Below, piece after piece: positions 54,685-63,577 of a DNA stretch of 64,000 nucleotides; the stretch's first letter is position 1; every line of letters begins with the position of its first letter. A model generated the notes under the pieces. It searched no databases. It was not told the DNA's origin and was given only the letters and a program-made list of their open reading frames with translations. Where the stretch lies: positions 124,001-188,000 of IMG/VR virus record IMGVR_UViG_3300047560_000921. One strand, given 5' to 3'. The position numbers and the translations under genes are program-made.

Positions 54685-54947
54685 TTTACGCTTTCGTAAA
54701 TCTTTTTCTGTTCGTTGTACCATTCTTGCCAACCATCAACTTTGGTTGAGCATTCGTAATACAATGTATAATTTTGGACAATGACTTTGAGCATTTCGGT
54801 TATCGCAACACTATCGCCGTCAATCTTTTTTAAACGTTCGCAACGTTCCTTTAGAACTTCAGGAGCATCTGGAAACTTTTGCTTAATGGGAGCAGTGCCA
54901 AAGCACCCGGTTAGTAGTAGTGCTGTGAGTAATACTGCGTATTTCAT
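54681..54947 (-). CDS. putative o-spanin (Rz1-like lipoprotein)
   Basis: LLLTGC lipobox; Pro- and Cys-containing periplasmic part; follows the i-spanin candidate. Confidence 0.65.
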   Translation of the reverse strand: MKYAVLLTALLLTGCFGTAPIKQKFPDAPEVLKERCERLKKIDGDSVAITEMLKVIVQNYTLYYECSTKVDGWQEWYNEQKKIYESVK

Positions 54948-55453
54948 TTCTTACCCTCCGCGGCACGGTTAACTTCGTTTATAAAATCCGGAGGAGTTGT
55001 AGCCTTGTTATGCTCATCAATGATAAGTTTAGGCACTGGACAGTGTTCTACGTATTTGACAATTTCTTTGTCCTGAGTTACAACACGGTCAATGTATTCG
55101 ATTTGTGTCTTAGCACGTTCTTTAACTACTTTGACTTTTTCGACTACACGCTCTTGTATCTCTACATTCTTCTCGCCAGATTTTTCTTCTGCTAGTTTTA
55201 ATTGCTCTTCTAGGTTGCGTACTTTATCACGCCAAGCCATTTCTACATCAATGCCGCCGCGGAACCAAACACCTGCAACTAGTAAAACAATACCAAGGGG
55301 TTTTAGAACTTCGACATATTTGCCGTAGAAAGGAATCCATCGACCTAGCCAGCCTGCAAATAGGCCAGTTAGTCCTGCAATAATTGTAACCCAGCAGATA
55401 ATGCTTAACGCACTATCAGGGATTAAGCTGATCATCCATTGAATCTGCCACAT
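54944..55453 (-). CDS. putative i-spanin (Rz-like)
   Basis: N-terminal TM segments, coiled coil, C-terminal CPVP. Confidence 0.6.
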   Translation of the reverse strand: MWQIQWMISLIPDSALSIICWVTIIAGLTGLFAGWLGRWIPFYGKYVEVLKPLGIVLLVAGVWFRGGIDVEMAWRDKVRNLEEQLKLAEEKSGEKNVEIQERVVEKVKVVKERAKTQIEYIDRVVTQDKEIVKYVEHCPVPKLIIDEHNKATTPPDFINEVNRAAEGKK

Positions 55454-55454
55454 G

Positions 55455-55673
55455 TTATCTCCGTCTGTATGTGATGCGCCCTTTACTTAAATCGTAAGGA
55501 CTAATCTCAACAGTAACCTTGTCGTTAAGGCTAACATTGATATTATTTTTACGCATCCTACCATTTATTGTAGCTAGTAGTAAATGGCCATTTTCTAATT
55601 TTACTCTAAACATTGCGTTTGGTAAAACTTCTACTACTTGTCCGTCTGCCTGTATTAAATCTTCTTTACTCAT
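55455..55673 (-). CDS. infA: translation initiation factor IF-1
   Basis: [30 protein letters not shown]...[13 protein letters not shown]. Confidence 0.96.
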   Translation of the reverse strand: MSKEDLIQADGQVVEVLPNAMFRVKLENGHLLLATINGRMRKNNINVSLNDKVTVEISPYDLSKGRITYRRR

Positions 55674-56197
55674 TAGTAGTTAAGCAAAAACTTAATTCTC
55701 TTTCTAAGTTTTTCTCTCTCTGCTTCATCTAAGTTGTGTCCATATAAGTGAGGCATTTGCGGCACCGTTGCTTCAAATTTTTCACGTTCCCACTTATACT
55801 TTTGGCTATGCGTATACGGTATAAACTCCCAGTCGGTAATGTTCGTAATATTACCGGCGTCACGGAGAATGTTGTCTACAGTATCAAACATATTGCGATT
55901 ACGCTTCAATTCGATGAACACAATAAAGTTACCGGTTTCATCTGGAGCTGGACTGTAATCGCAGTCATGAATACTATAATTGCCTTTGTCGATAAAGTCA
56001 ACTAAATCACTGGCTGCACCTTCTTCTTTGGCGGTCAAACTAACAACAACTGTTCGTTTCTCGTCGCCAAATTTTGGTTGGTAAGCATCTACTAGTAAAG
56101 TAGGGAAAATCATTTTGTGTAAATCGCCCTCGAATAAACTTTCGTTTAACTGACGGATTTTATTACGCAATTTATAAAGTAAGCTGTTATTGTTCAT
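55673..56197 (-). CDS. conserved hypothetical phage protein
   Basis: 174-aa ORF in the operon. Confidence 0.7.
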   Translation of the reverse strand: MNNNSLLYKLRNKIRQLNESLFEGDLHKMIFPTLLVDAYQPKFGDEKRTVVVSLTAKEEGAASDLVDFIDKGNYSIHDCDYSPAPDETGNFIVFIELKRNRNMFDTVDNILRDAGNITNITDWEFIPYTHSQKYKWEREKFEATVPQMPHLYGHNLDEAEREKLRKRIKFLLNY

Positions 56198-56199
56198 AA

Positions 56200-56805
56200 T
56201 TATTGTTGCGGGGCTTGTTCGGGAGCCGGTGCTTGAGCTTGTGTGGCAGCACCTTGACCTTGTTGGCCTGCTTGTTCTGCACCTTGCTCTTCAGCATTGC
56301 CTTTAACGGCTTCTTCTCCGTCCAGGCCTTGATCGTATGCATCGTCTACGGCATCTTCGTCGATTTCATCAGTGTCGACAGCACCAGTGTTGAATGTTTC
56401 TTCGTCGATAAATCTACGAGGCATTTCAATGGTAATTAACCATACTTTTTGAGTGTCAGTTTTTGGGATTCGCTTGCCTTCACCATTTTCTTCCAGGTCC
56501 TGGGGGGTTTTGATTTTCCTAGGAACTAGGTATTCTGCTTTTTTATATTCTACATGGCAGTCGTATTTTGTCAGGCGGTCGGCACCGCTTGGGTCAGGCA
56601 TCAATTTGTAAGGGTACATTAGTGTGCAAGTTACCCAATATCTGCTTAGTTTTGGACCTTCGACAATCTCGCCGTATTTCCAGTTTTTAAACCCATATAG
56701 GTTAACAGTGTCTAGCATGTTCTCAAATTCCATAAGAACATCTAGCACCGTTTTGCTACCTAAAATGTAGTCTAAATTTTTATCAATTTCTTTTTGATGT
56801 GGCAT
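56200..56805 (-). CDS. conserved hypothetical phage protein with acidic tail
   Basis: 201 aa; ATAAATA box at 56831-56837. Confidence 0.7.
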   Translation of the reverse strand: MPHQKEIDKNLDYILGSKTVLDVLMEFENMLDTVNLYGFKNWKYGEIVEGPKLSRYWVTCTLMYPYKLMPDPSGADRLTKYDCHVEYKKAEYLVPRKIKTPQDLEENGEGKRIPKTDTQKVWLITIEMPRRFIDEETFNTGAVDTDEIDEDAVDDAYDQGLDGEEAVKGNAEEQGAEQAGQQGQGAATQAQAPAPEQAPQQ

Positions 56806-56941
56806 GTTAATCCGTAATAATATACATTTCTATTTATCCTACTCGATTACATGCCTAGTTAGATAAACAGAAATCGAGTTAAATACTTTTGGGTGCTTGC
56901 ATCCTATAGTAAGCATCCTTTACTAAAATTGGAGGTCGACA

Positions 56942-57661
56942 TTGGCTAAACGTAATAGAAAACCTGTTCTCGAACAACAGGGTGTAATTGAGTTAGACGT
57001 TTATCGCAGAGAGCGTAACAGAGAAGTAGAAATCCTCCCAAGAAACTTAAAGCAAGAGCAATACGTAGATCTATTAGAAAATCGCAAAAAGCCCATTGTA
57101 ATCGCACTAGGGCCAGCAGGAACGGGCAAAACCTTACTAGCCTGCTTATATGCAATTCAAGAACTAAAAGCAGGACGTTGTAAAAAACTAGTTATAACTC
57201 GTCCAGCAGTTAGCGTTGATGAACAGCACGGTTTTCTCCCAGGCACTTTGGAACAAAAGATGGATCCTTGGACCCGTCCTATATTCGACGTCTTCGAAGA
57301 ATATTGGTCAATCAAAACTATCGCTTACATGTTAGAGGAAAAAACAATAGAAATTTGTCCACTAGCATATATGCGCGGTCGTACATTTAAAGATGCAATC
57401 ATCATTGCTGACGAAATGCAAAACGCAACACAAAGTCAGATGAAGATGTTACTAACCCGCATTGGTGACAGAAGTAAAATTATCGCCACAGGAGATTTGG
57501 CACAACACGACAGAGGCTACGAAGAAAACGGCCTTTGGGACTTTGTTCAACGAATGGAACAAACTCGTAGTGATATGATTGGCAGTGTACAGTTCGGACA
57601 CAAGGAAATCGAACGTCACCCTGCCGTAGCAGAAATTCTAAGGATTTACGACGAAGAATAA
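56942..57661 (+). CDS. phoH: PhoH family ATPase
   Basis: GPAGTGKT, ITRPAV, GFLPG, AYMRGRTF, DEMQN, TRIG, GDLAQHD; TTG start with GGAGG RBS. Confidence 0.96.
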   Translation: MAKRNRKPVLEQQGVIELDVYRRERNREVEILPRNLKQEQYVDLLENRKKPIVIALGPAGTGKTLLACLYAIQELKAGRCKKLVITRPAVSVDEQHGFLPGTLEQKMDPWTRPIFDVFEEYWSIKTIAYMLEEKTIEICPLAYMRGRTFKDAIIIADEMQNATQSQMKMLLTRIGDRSKIIATGDLAQHDRGYEENGLWDFVQRMEQTRSDMIGSVQFGHKEIERHPAVAEILRIYDEE

Positions 57662-58437
57662 ATCGCTTTGAGGTTAGTCTTTTCTAACCACTCATCACTA
57701 AAGACGCCATCCACTCTTAAGCTAAAAGCCGCAAGTGGGTGGCTGTCACTTCCATGCCAGTTACTAGTATCAAACATTGCAGTTTGATTTTTAATGTAAT
57801 GCTTATCTCCAGTTTGCCCGTCTAATATATAAAACTGTTTGCGTTCAGGAAACAAATTAATCCAAATAAACTGATCTGGCTTAGCAGGCTTTTTATCTGG
57901 ACTCCAGTCTCTGTGCAAGCCACATCCTTGTCCTTCATCGTTGTAAAAGATAATAATGCGACCTTGATCTTTAAAGATACCTTGTGCATTAACCCAATCT
58001 AAAATAGGTTGAAAGTCTTTTGCCCACGGAGTAAATGCAGTTGCTTCGCCTTTATCTTTATCAATATATCTGTTACCCACAATGTATCTCAGCATCATGC
58101 AGTTGCCTAGACCCATACTAGGTGTAACTAGTTTCATATAAGCATAGGCCAAGGGATAGTTTTCTTTGGCCAAGGGATTAGCAGTAGGCCATAATGGGCT
58201 TAGTTTGTTAGTAGCATGGTCCTTTAAGGCATCGCTTAACTCTCTATAAGGATGCTTGGGCACATACGGTTCGCTACCATCAGGCCAGTTAAGTGGATCG
58301 CCTGCTGTTGCTGGTAACAGTCTACCATAGTTTCTTGCAAAGGCCAAGCAAGTGGCTTCTTTGAGTTTGTTCAGGCCTGTAATGTCAACATGCTGATCAA
58401 ATCCAGCATAGGCGTGTCCGTTAATTGTCTGTATCAT
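57646..58437 (-). CDS. putative 2OG-Fe(II) oxygenase-like protein
   Basis: GLHRD (HxD), NWHG, FSLRVDG; start reassigned to MIQTING. Confidence 0.55.
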   Translation of the reverse strand: MIQTINGHAYAGFDQHVDITGLNKLKEATCLAFARNYGRLLPATAGDPLNWPDGSEPYVPKHPYRELSDALKDHATNKLSPLWPTANPLAKENYPLAYAYMKLVTPSMGLGNCMMLRYIVGNRYIDKDKGEATAFTPWAKDFQPILDWVNAQGIFKDQGRIIIFYNDEGQGCGLHRDWSPDKKPAKPDQFIWINLFPERKQFYILDGQTGDKHYIKNQTAMFDTSNWHGSDSHPLAAFSLRVDGVFSDEWLEKTNLKAIYSSS

Positions 58438-59014
58438 TGGTGATAATTTCGTAAATCTGTTTCCAGTTTTTAACCCTAGGGATAGCTGGATCTTCGTAGT
58501 CCATATTATGGCCATGCTCTACAAGCAAACTATTTAATCCTAAGCTGGTACCTACTTGACAGTTTACAATTTTATCTTCGATCCACCACAAGCCGCTACC
58601 TCGGTAAGGTTCAAGGGCTTCGTCCTTGTCTGCACCTGTGTCTAAGTATACAAACTTTTCAAAAGCAGTTGGGCCAAATAACTTTTGCAAGTTCATTTTT
58701 CTAAGCTCTTGTGCAGCCGGATCCTTGCTCAAGCTGGTAATGCAATGAAACACATATCCGTGTTCTTCATGCAGTCGTTTAACATAGTACATACTGTCTC
58801 GCAGTGCTGGCAAGAAGCCAATACTAGCCGACTCATTAAAAATCTTAATTAGTTTCTTGCCTTGGTCTCGGTCAATGCCATATCGTTTGCCAATGTCGTA
58901 TTTGAAAGCGCCACCTTCGACTTTGTTAAAGCCATGTGTACGCATCCAAACATCAAATGCGTACTCCCAGTCAAGTAGTACACCGTCTGCGTCTGTAAGG
59001 ATAATTTTGTTCAT
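58421..59014 (-). CDS. HAD-family 5'(3')-deoxyribonucleotidase
   Basis: ILTDADGVLLDW, ITSLS, WIEDK. Confidence 0.85.
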   Translation of the reverse strand: MNKIILTDADGVLLDWEYAFDVWMRTHGFNKVEGGAFKYDIGKRYGIDRDQGKKLIKIFNESASIGFLPALRDSMYYVKRLHEEHGYVFHCITSLSKDPAAQELRKMNLQKLFGPTAFEKFVYLDTGADKDEALEPYRGSGLWWIEDKIVNCQVGTSLGLNSLLVEHGHNMDYEDPAIPRVKNWKQIYEIITNDTDN

Positions 59015-59027
59015 AAGTAATTGTAAC

Positions 59028-59942
59028 ATGAATTCTGAAATATCGCAACCAGCTTACAATTCAATCTGCTTGTACTATGTAGTTTACAAATTGGATTGGC
59101 CTAATTTGTACATGAGTCTGCGCGGCCTAGCTAAACATTGGCAAGGACCAAAAGCAGTGGCATTTATTGCCGAAGACAATGATTATGGATTCATGAAATT
59201 TGTTAAAGAGATTTTGTACGATTGGACACTATATCAAGTTCCTCCAGTTGACACCAGCTTAGAAGGTTATTATGATATAGGTTGGTACCGGCAACAAATT
59301 CAAAAACTATACTTGCCCACACAAATAAAACATATCGATTGGTTCATTAGCTTGGACTGCAAAAACATTTTTGTACGCAACGCTAATCCTAGTAGCTTTT
59401 TAAATTTCAATCTAACTACGGGCAAAACAGAAATCAATATAGCTGGTGCATACCTAGAGTCACATATAAAAGAAGGTATAGAAGCAGATCCATGGCAAAG
59501 TCAAATATATAGGGAAGGTAGAGAAGTAGTAGGAGGTTTTGATATTCATGTTGTACCTTATACTATTAGCCCTTGGATCTTTAATGGGGGAGTTGTCCGT
59601 GGAATGTGGGAAAGACTGCGTCCAGACTTATGGACAGATATGAAGTCTACTGAATATATTTTGTATTGGTATACTGTAAATCACATATACACGTGGCGGC
59701 CTGATTTACAAATCATGGGCACTTGGAAGGACGAACAAGGCAAAGGCAGTCAAATAGATCAAATACAAGATAACATAACACTAATTTACAATAGTCACAT
59801 TTATCAGTTAGTCAAATACGCTCAAGAAATTGTCAGCGGTCTAGTACAACGCGGTATACTAGAGTTCGCTGACATTGACCCTATTTTTAAACTAATAATA
59901 GACTGTGAAGTATATAGAATTACTGTGGAGAAACCTCGGTAA
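59028..59942 (+). CDS. putative glycosyltransferase-like protein (DUF6492-like)
   Basis: GWYRQQIQKL..WFISLDCKNIFV; start reassigned to ATG 59028. Confidence 0.5.
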   Translation: MNSEISQPAYNSICLYYVVYKLDWPNLYMSLRGLAKHWQGPKAVAFIAEDNDYGFMKFVKEILYDWTLYQVPPVDTSLEGYYDIGWYRQQIQKLYLPTQIKHIDWFISLDCKNIFVRNANPSSFLNFNLTTGKTEINIAGAYLESHIKEGIEADPWQSQIYREGREVVGGFDIHVVPYTISPWIFNGGVVRGMWERLRPDLWTDMKSTEYILYWYTVNHIYTWRPDLQIMGTWKDEQGKGSQIDQIQDNITLIYNSHIYQLVKYAQEIVSGLVQRGILEFADIDPIFKLIIDCEVYRITVEKPR

Positions 59943-60171
59943 CTTCAAAGTCGTCTGCGTCAAAGAATGTTACGTGATATTCTTTGTCGCCGTACTTAAA
60001 GTAATCAGTGATAAATCTTTGGTTGTTAGTTTGCTTATAAGGCTCTAGCAAGCTAAGAATCAAAAACATACTGTGCTTTTCTTCGCCTTCCAGTGTACGT
60101 TCGTTGGGACGAATGATACCAGCCTTGACAAGAAAGTCGTATGCTTCTTCCTTGGTTTTATACACGGGCAA
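59920..60171 (-). CDS. hypothetical protein
   Basis: 83-aa ORF coupled to the clamp loader gene. Confidence 0.6.
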   Translation of the reverse strand: MPVYKTKEEAYDFLVKAGIIRPNERTLEGEEKHSMFLILSLLEPYKQTNNQRFITDYFKYGDKEYHVTFFDADDFEVTEVSPQ

Positions 60172-61099
60172 TTCTTTCTAGTTCAACCAGTGTGGCACTT
60201 AGATTAATCTCAGGATCTGCACACATACTGTGGTTTACAAGACCTTCCCTAATCTTAAGAATACTCATGTCTCTTTGGTCATCGCTAGCTCCCCAGAAGT
60301 CCAAGTTACGATACAAGAAGCGATACATGTCTTCATATTCGTCTAGGCTAATTTGACTGCAAATAAGTGCTCTTGCTTCTTTGAGTTTACCTTGTCTAAA
60401 CAGTGCAACCATTTCCAGTCTGTAGTCTTTGCCAGAGTCTTCTTCTACTGCTGGCAGGATCAATGTGCCTGTTGTGCTGTGCTGTTGAATAGCGTTAATT
60501 GTTTTACGCAAGTCTGGATAGTGTGCTTTGATAAATGCACGAATAGTATCTTCTTCTGCAACAACTTGTTCGGCAACTAAAATTTTAAGCACATAAACAA
60601 AGAATTCGTCTTCGTTCAAGCTCTTAAAGTTAAATGTTTGGCAACGACTGTGTAGCGCAGGAATAATTTTTTGCGGATAGTTACAAGTGATAATAAAACG
60701 CACAACATTAGCATACTGTTCCATAACCCCACGAAGCGCGGCCTGTGCGTTAGGACTCAAGTAATCTGCTTCGTCTAATAGGATAATTTTAAAATCACCA
60801 AAAGGCATTGTTTGACCAAAGTTGGTAATCTTATTGCGTACTGTGTCGACGTTGTTGTCGCGACTGGCGTTGATAACCATTACGTCTGCAGGTTCTACAT
60901 TAAGTGCATTGATTAGGACTTTGGCCAATGTAGTCTTACCAGTACCTGCCGCACCACTGAGCAATAATTGCGGAAGATAGCGTTCCTTGATCCAAGAATC
61001 AATCATCTTCTTTTGATTATTGTCGATCCATACATAATCGTCCATTGTGCTAGGACGATATTTCTCTACCCATAGTTGTTTAAGTTGTTCAGTTGTCAT
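60158..61099 (-). CDS. clamp loader subunit (T4 gp44/RFC small-like)
   Basis: LWVEKYRP, GAAGTGKTT, INASRD, LDEADYL, AQAALRG, LHSRC. Confidence 0.93.
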   Translation of the reverse strand: MTTEQLKQLWVEKYRPSTMDDYVWIDNNQKKMIDSWIKERYLPQLLLSGAAGTGKTTLAKVLINALNVEPADVMVINASRDNNVDTVRNKITNFGQTMPFGDFKIILLDEADYLSPNAQAALRGVMEQYANVVRFIITCNYPQKIIPALHSRCQTFNFKSLNEDEFFVYVLKILVAEQVVAEEDTIRAFIKAHYPDLRKTINAIQQHSTTGTLILPAVEEDSGKDYRLEMVALFRQGKLKEARALICSQISLDEYEDMYRFLYRNLDFWGASDDQRDMSILKIREGLVNHSMCADPEINLSATLVELERIARV

Positions 61100-61129
61100 T
61101 GCTGTGCCCGTAAAAAAGTGTCTAGTACA

Positions 61130-61158
61130 ATTATACATACTAGACACTTTAAAGTCAA
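61130..61158 (-). promoter_or_regulatory. sigma70-type promoter
   Basis: TTGACT-N17-TATAAT upstream of the clamp loader. Confidence 0.75.
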
Positions 61159-61166
61159 CGCAAATT

Positions 61167-62360
61167 TTATCGAATGTAATCTAAATTGGTGCCGCCGTCA
61201 GTACTGTTGCTCAATGTAGCAGTGGATCCAAACGAGTATTTGGTTTCTTGGCTAAATGGATCTTGATAAATTTCTGTGCTAACCAATTCCTTATTGACAA
61301 AACGCATACCGATAACTTTGTTTTGGTGTACACGAGCAGTTGGGCGCCCGTACAAGATAAAGTAAACGTCTTTGCCTTCTGCAATCAGTTTGGTAATGCA
61401 TTTGATTGCGCTGTAAGTAGTATCGATCCAAGTTTTATTGTCGACACTGCTTACAGTACTAGTAGCAAAACCAAAGCTGGTAATAAAGTAACTGTCGTAC
61501 TGATTATTGATACTGCTTAAAAACACATCAAACTGTTCCCATTTTTGCTGATCCAGCAAGTCTAAATACTGAAGTGTGTCAATTTCAAAATAAGGATCTA
61601 CGCTGAGAACAACATTGTCAGTTCTGGCAGTCTTAGGATCTAATAAGTCTAAGCTAGTTAGTTTTTTCCTAAACTGCATGGACAATGCAGGAGTGCAATA
61701 GCCGCCGCCCAAATCATACGCGGCCTCTGCATTGGCAATAACATCAGTTAAAACATTAAAGTCGCCGCTGGTAGTTAGCCAAGTATAGATACTGGTATTA
61801 GTAGCAGTTTCGCCAGAGATTTTCTTTAGGCCGCCTAGTGTAACACTGGCTTTGACTACGTTGTCGATTAGGTCTGTGCGAGACATTAAATCGCGAAGGT
61901 CTTGTTCTGTTTCTAACTTTCTGCTAAACATGTTTTTGAATAATGTCTTCAACAGAATATGAATGTAGGGAACTTTGTCACGAGACTGTAGGCCGTTAAC
62001 ATAGTTTACTAGTAGTCTTGTGTTGGCAAAATTTTCTTCGTACAAAGTAATAACCCATTGGTTGATAGGACTTTTATCAATCATCTTAACAGTGTTGGCC
62101 ATAGCACTGGATTTAGTGTCAATGGCATTGCTTTTCATATACTGCATCCATGCTGTTTTGTTACTTAATTTAACTTGGGGAACAAGGATAGGCTTTTTAG
62201 TTGCTAGCAGTGCTAAAAGTCTTGTTAGTAATTCATGATAGTCTTCGCTATCTTTGTCTAAGTTATTAATTTGTTCCAGCAATTCTGCATTAGAGTACGC
62301 TGTACCCTTGCTAACCTGTTTAACAAATTGTTGGTAAGTTTCATTAACTGCCATCAGCAC
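61167..62360 (-). CDS. putative class I SAM-dependent methyltransferase-like protein
   Basis: AYDLGGG motif I-like, SLDLLDP; helical N-terminal half. Confidence 0.45.
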   Translation of the reverse strand: MLMAVNETYQQFVKQVSKGTAYSNAELLEQINNLDKDSEDYHELLTRLLALLATKKPILVPQVKLSNKTAWMQYMKSNAIDTKSSAMANTVKMIDKSPINQWVITLYEENFANTRLLVNYVNGLQSRDKVPYIHILLKTLFKNMFSRKLETEQDLRDLMSRTDLIDNVVKASVTLGGLKKISGETATNTSIYTWLTTSGDFNVLTDVIANAEAAYDLGGGYCTPALSMQFRKKLTSLDLLDPKTARTDNVVLSVDPYFEIDTLQYLDLLDQQKWEQFDVFLSSINNQYDSYFITSFGFATSTVSSVDNKTWIDTTYSAIKCITKLIAEGKDVYFILYGRPTARVHQNKVIGMRFVNKELVSTEIYQDPFSQETKYSFGSTATLSNSTDGGTNLDYIR

Positions 62361-63274
62361 ACCTCATATTTAAAATTCTCGTCGATAGAACATTTAACTG
62401 GTCCTATCTTTAAACTGCCTACTTTTAGTTTATTATCTCTGTAATTTTCATCTTTGGTATACTCGAAGATATAATCTTTTGCAGGCCACTTGTAGCTTTC
62501 CAATGTGTCTCGTATCTTGTTGTCAGGATTATTCATACTCCACAACTGGAAGTACTCAGTATCAAAGTAATGTGTAATGCCGCCCCATGGTAACATAACA
62601 CTAGGATAGATGCGTAACTGTACGTTTTGGTACTTCATGCTAAAGTTAATCCACCACATAACGTCTTTGGTTTGCTTTAGTTCGTAAGGTGCATGTACCA
62701 TTTGTGGTTCCAATGCTGTCCATAGTTCAGGACTAAAATAATCTTGCGGATTGCTGAATAACTTGCCCACTTTCCAAGCATCAAAGAAAGCGGCACTACC
62801 AAACAACTGGTCGCCGATTTCACCTGTAATGTTAATATCAGCAAGAGTTAACAGTTTTTTGGCATCTTGCACTAGCTTGCAAGGAATACCTTCACGTTGT
62901 AACAACTCATAAAACGCAGGGTACTCGCCAATGCTTTTGTCTTGTAATAAGATTACTAATCTACTACGTGCTTTATTATTTTTTAAAAAGCTAACTGCGG
63001 CAGTGGTACTATCGATACCACCACTCCACATTAAGTTTATCTTGCAATTACGCTGTTCGGCTAAAGCACCTAATTCTTCTGCACGTAAGTCACATAAATC
63101 TGCAAAAGACGTATTCATAACAGTCATTGCAGGAATAGGAGTTAGAGTCTTGTAGGCAAAGTCCCCAAATGTTAATGTGTTTGTACGGTCAAGTATGTTA
63201 CCTCCGTATAAGTTACACAGAGATTTCCAAAACGGAGTGTAATCACATCTACAAGGCAAGTAATATGTTTTCAT
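62354..63274 (-). CDS. PP-loop (asparagine synthetase-like) enzyme
   Basis: LMWSGGIDST, TGEIGDQLFGS; paralog of 49159-50256. Confidence 0.75.
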   Translation of the reverse strand: MKTYYLPCRCDYTPFWKSLCNLYGGNILDRTNTLTFGDFAYKTLTPIPAMTVMNTSFADLCDLRAEELGALAEQRNCKINLMWSGGIDSTTAAVSFLKNNKARSRLVILLQDKSIGEYPAFYELLQREGIPCKLVQDAKKLLTLADINITGEIGDQLFGSAAFFDAWKVGKLFSNPQDYFSPELWTALEPQMVHAPYELKQTKDVMWWINFSMKYQNVQLRIYPSVMLPWGGITHYFDTEYFQLWSMNNPDNKIRDTLESYKWPAKDYIFEYTKDENYRDNKLKVGSLKIGPVKCSIDENFKYEVC

Positions 63275-63564
63275 TATTGACCGGCAGGAATAGGATCTGA
63301 TTCATTACCAGCCGGGTCAGTTGGTGCGGCCGCAGGTGGTGTATACGGTGCATTTGTCTGCACAACGATTTCGTAACCAATGTCGCTTAGTTTACCGTAG
63401 ATTAAGTCTACTAAACTGCTGTCGGAAATATCTAATACTCCGTCTAGCTGAATTACAAATGTATCGCGTAAACGCTGGATACCACTCAATACTTCAAAAA
63501 TGTCAACTGTTGCTACAGTGATTTTATTAATGAAGTCGTTTTCAATTTTTCTAATTTCAATCAT
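63274..63564 (-). CDS. hypothetical protein (possible tail-fibre-associated)
   Basis: 96 aa with AGGAG RBS. Confidence 0.6.
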   Translation of the reverse strand: MIEIRKIENDFINKITVATVDIFEVLSGIQRLRDTFVIQLDGVLDISDSSLVDLIYGKLSDIGYEIVVQTNAPYTPPAAAPTDPAGNESDPIPAGQ

Positions 63565-63577
63565 GAAATACTCCTAA

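Noticed and set aside
156-63521. Many 60-200 aa ORFs antisense to or nested in long genes (e.g. 10671-11183, 12052-12678, 14054-14506, 21535-22017, 27262-27684, 45447-45824)
   Set aside because: They lie wholly opposite well-supported genes, are Ser/Leu-rich with no motifs or RBS, and are typical shadow ORFs
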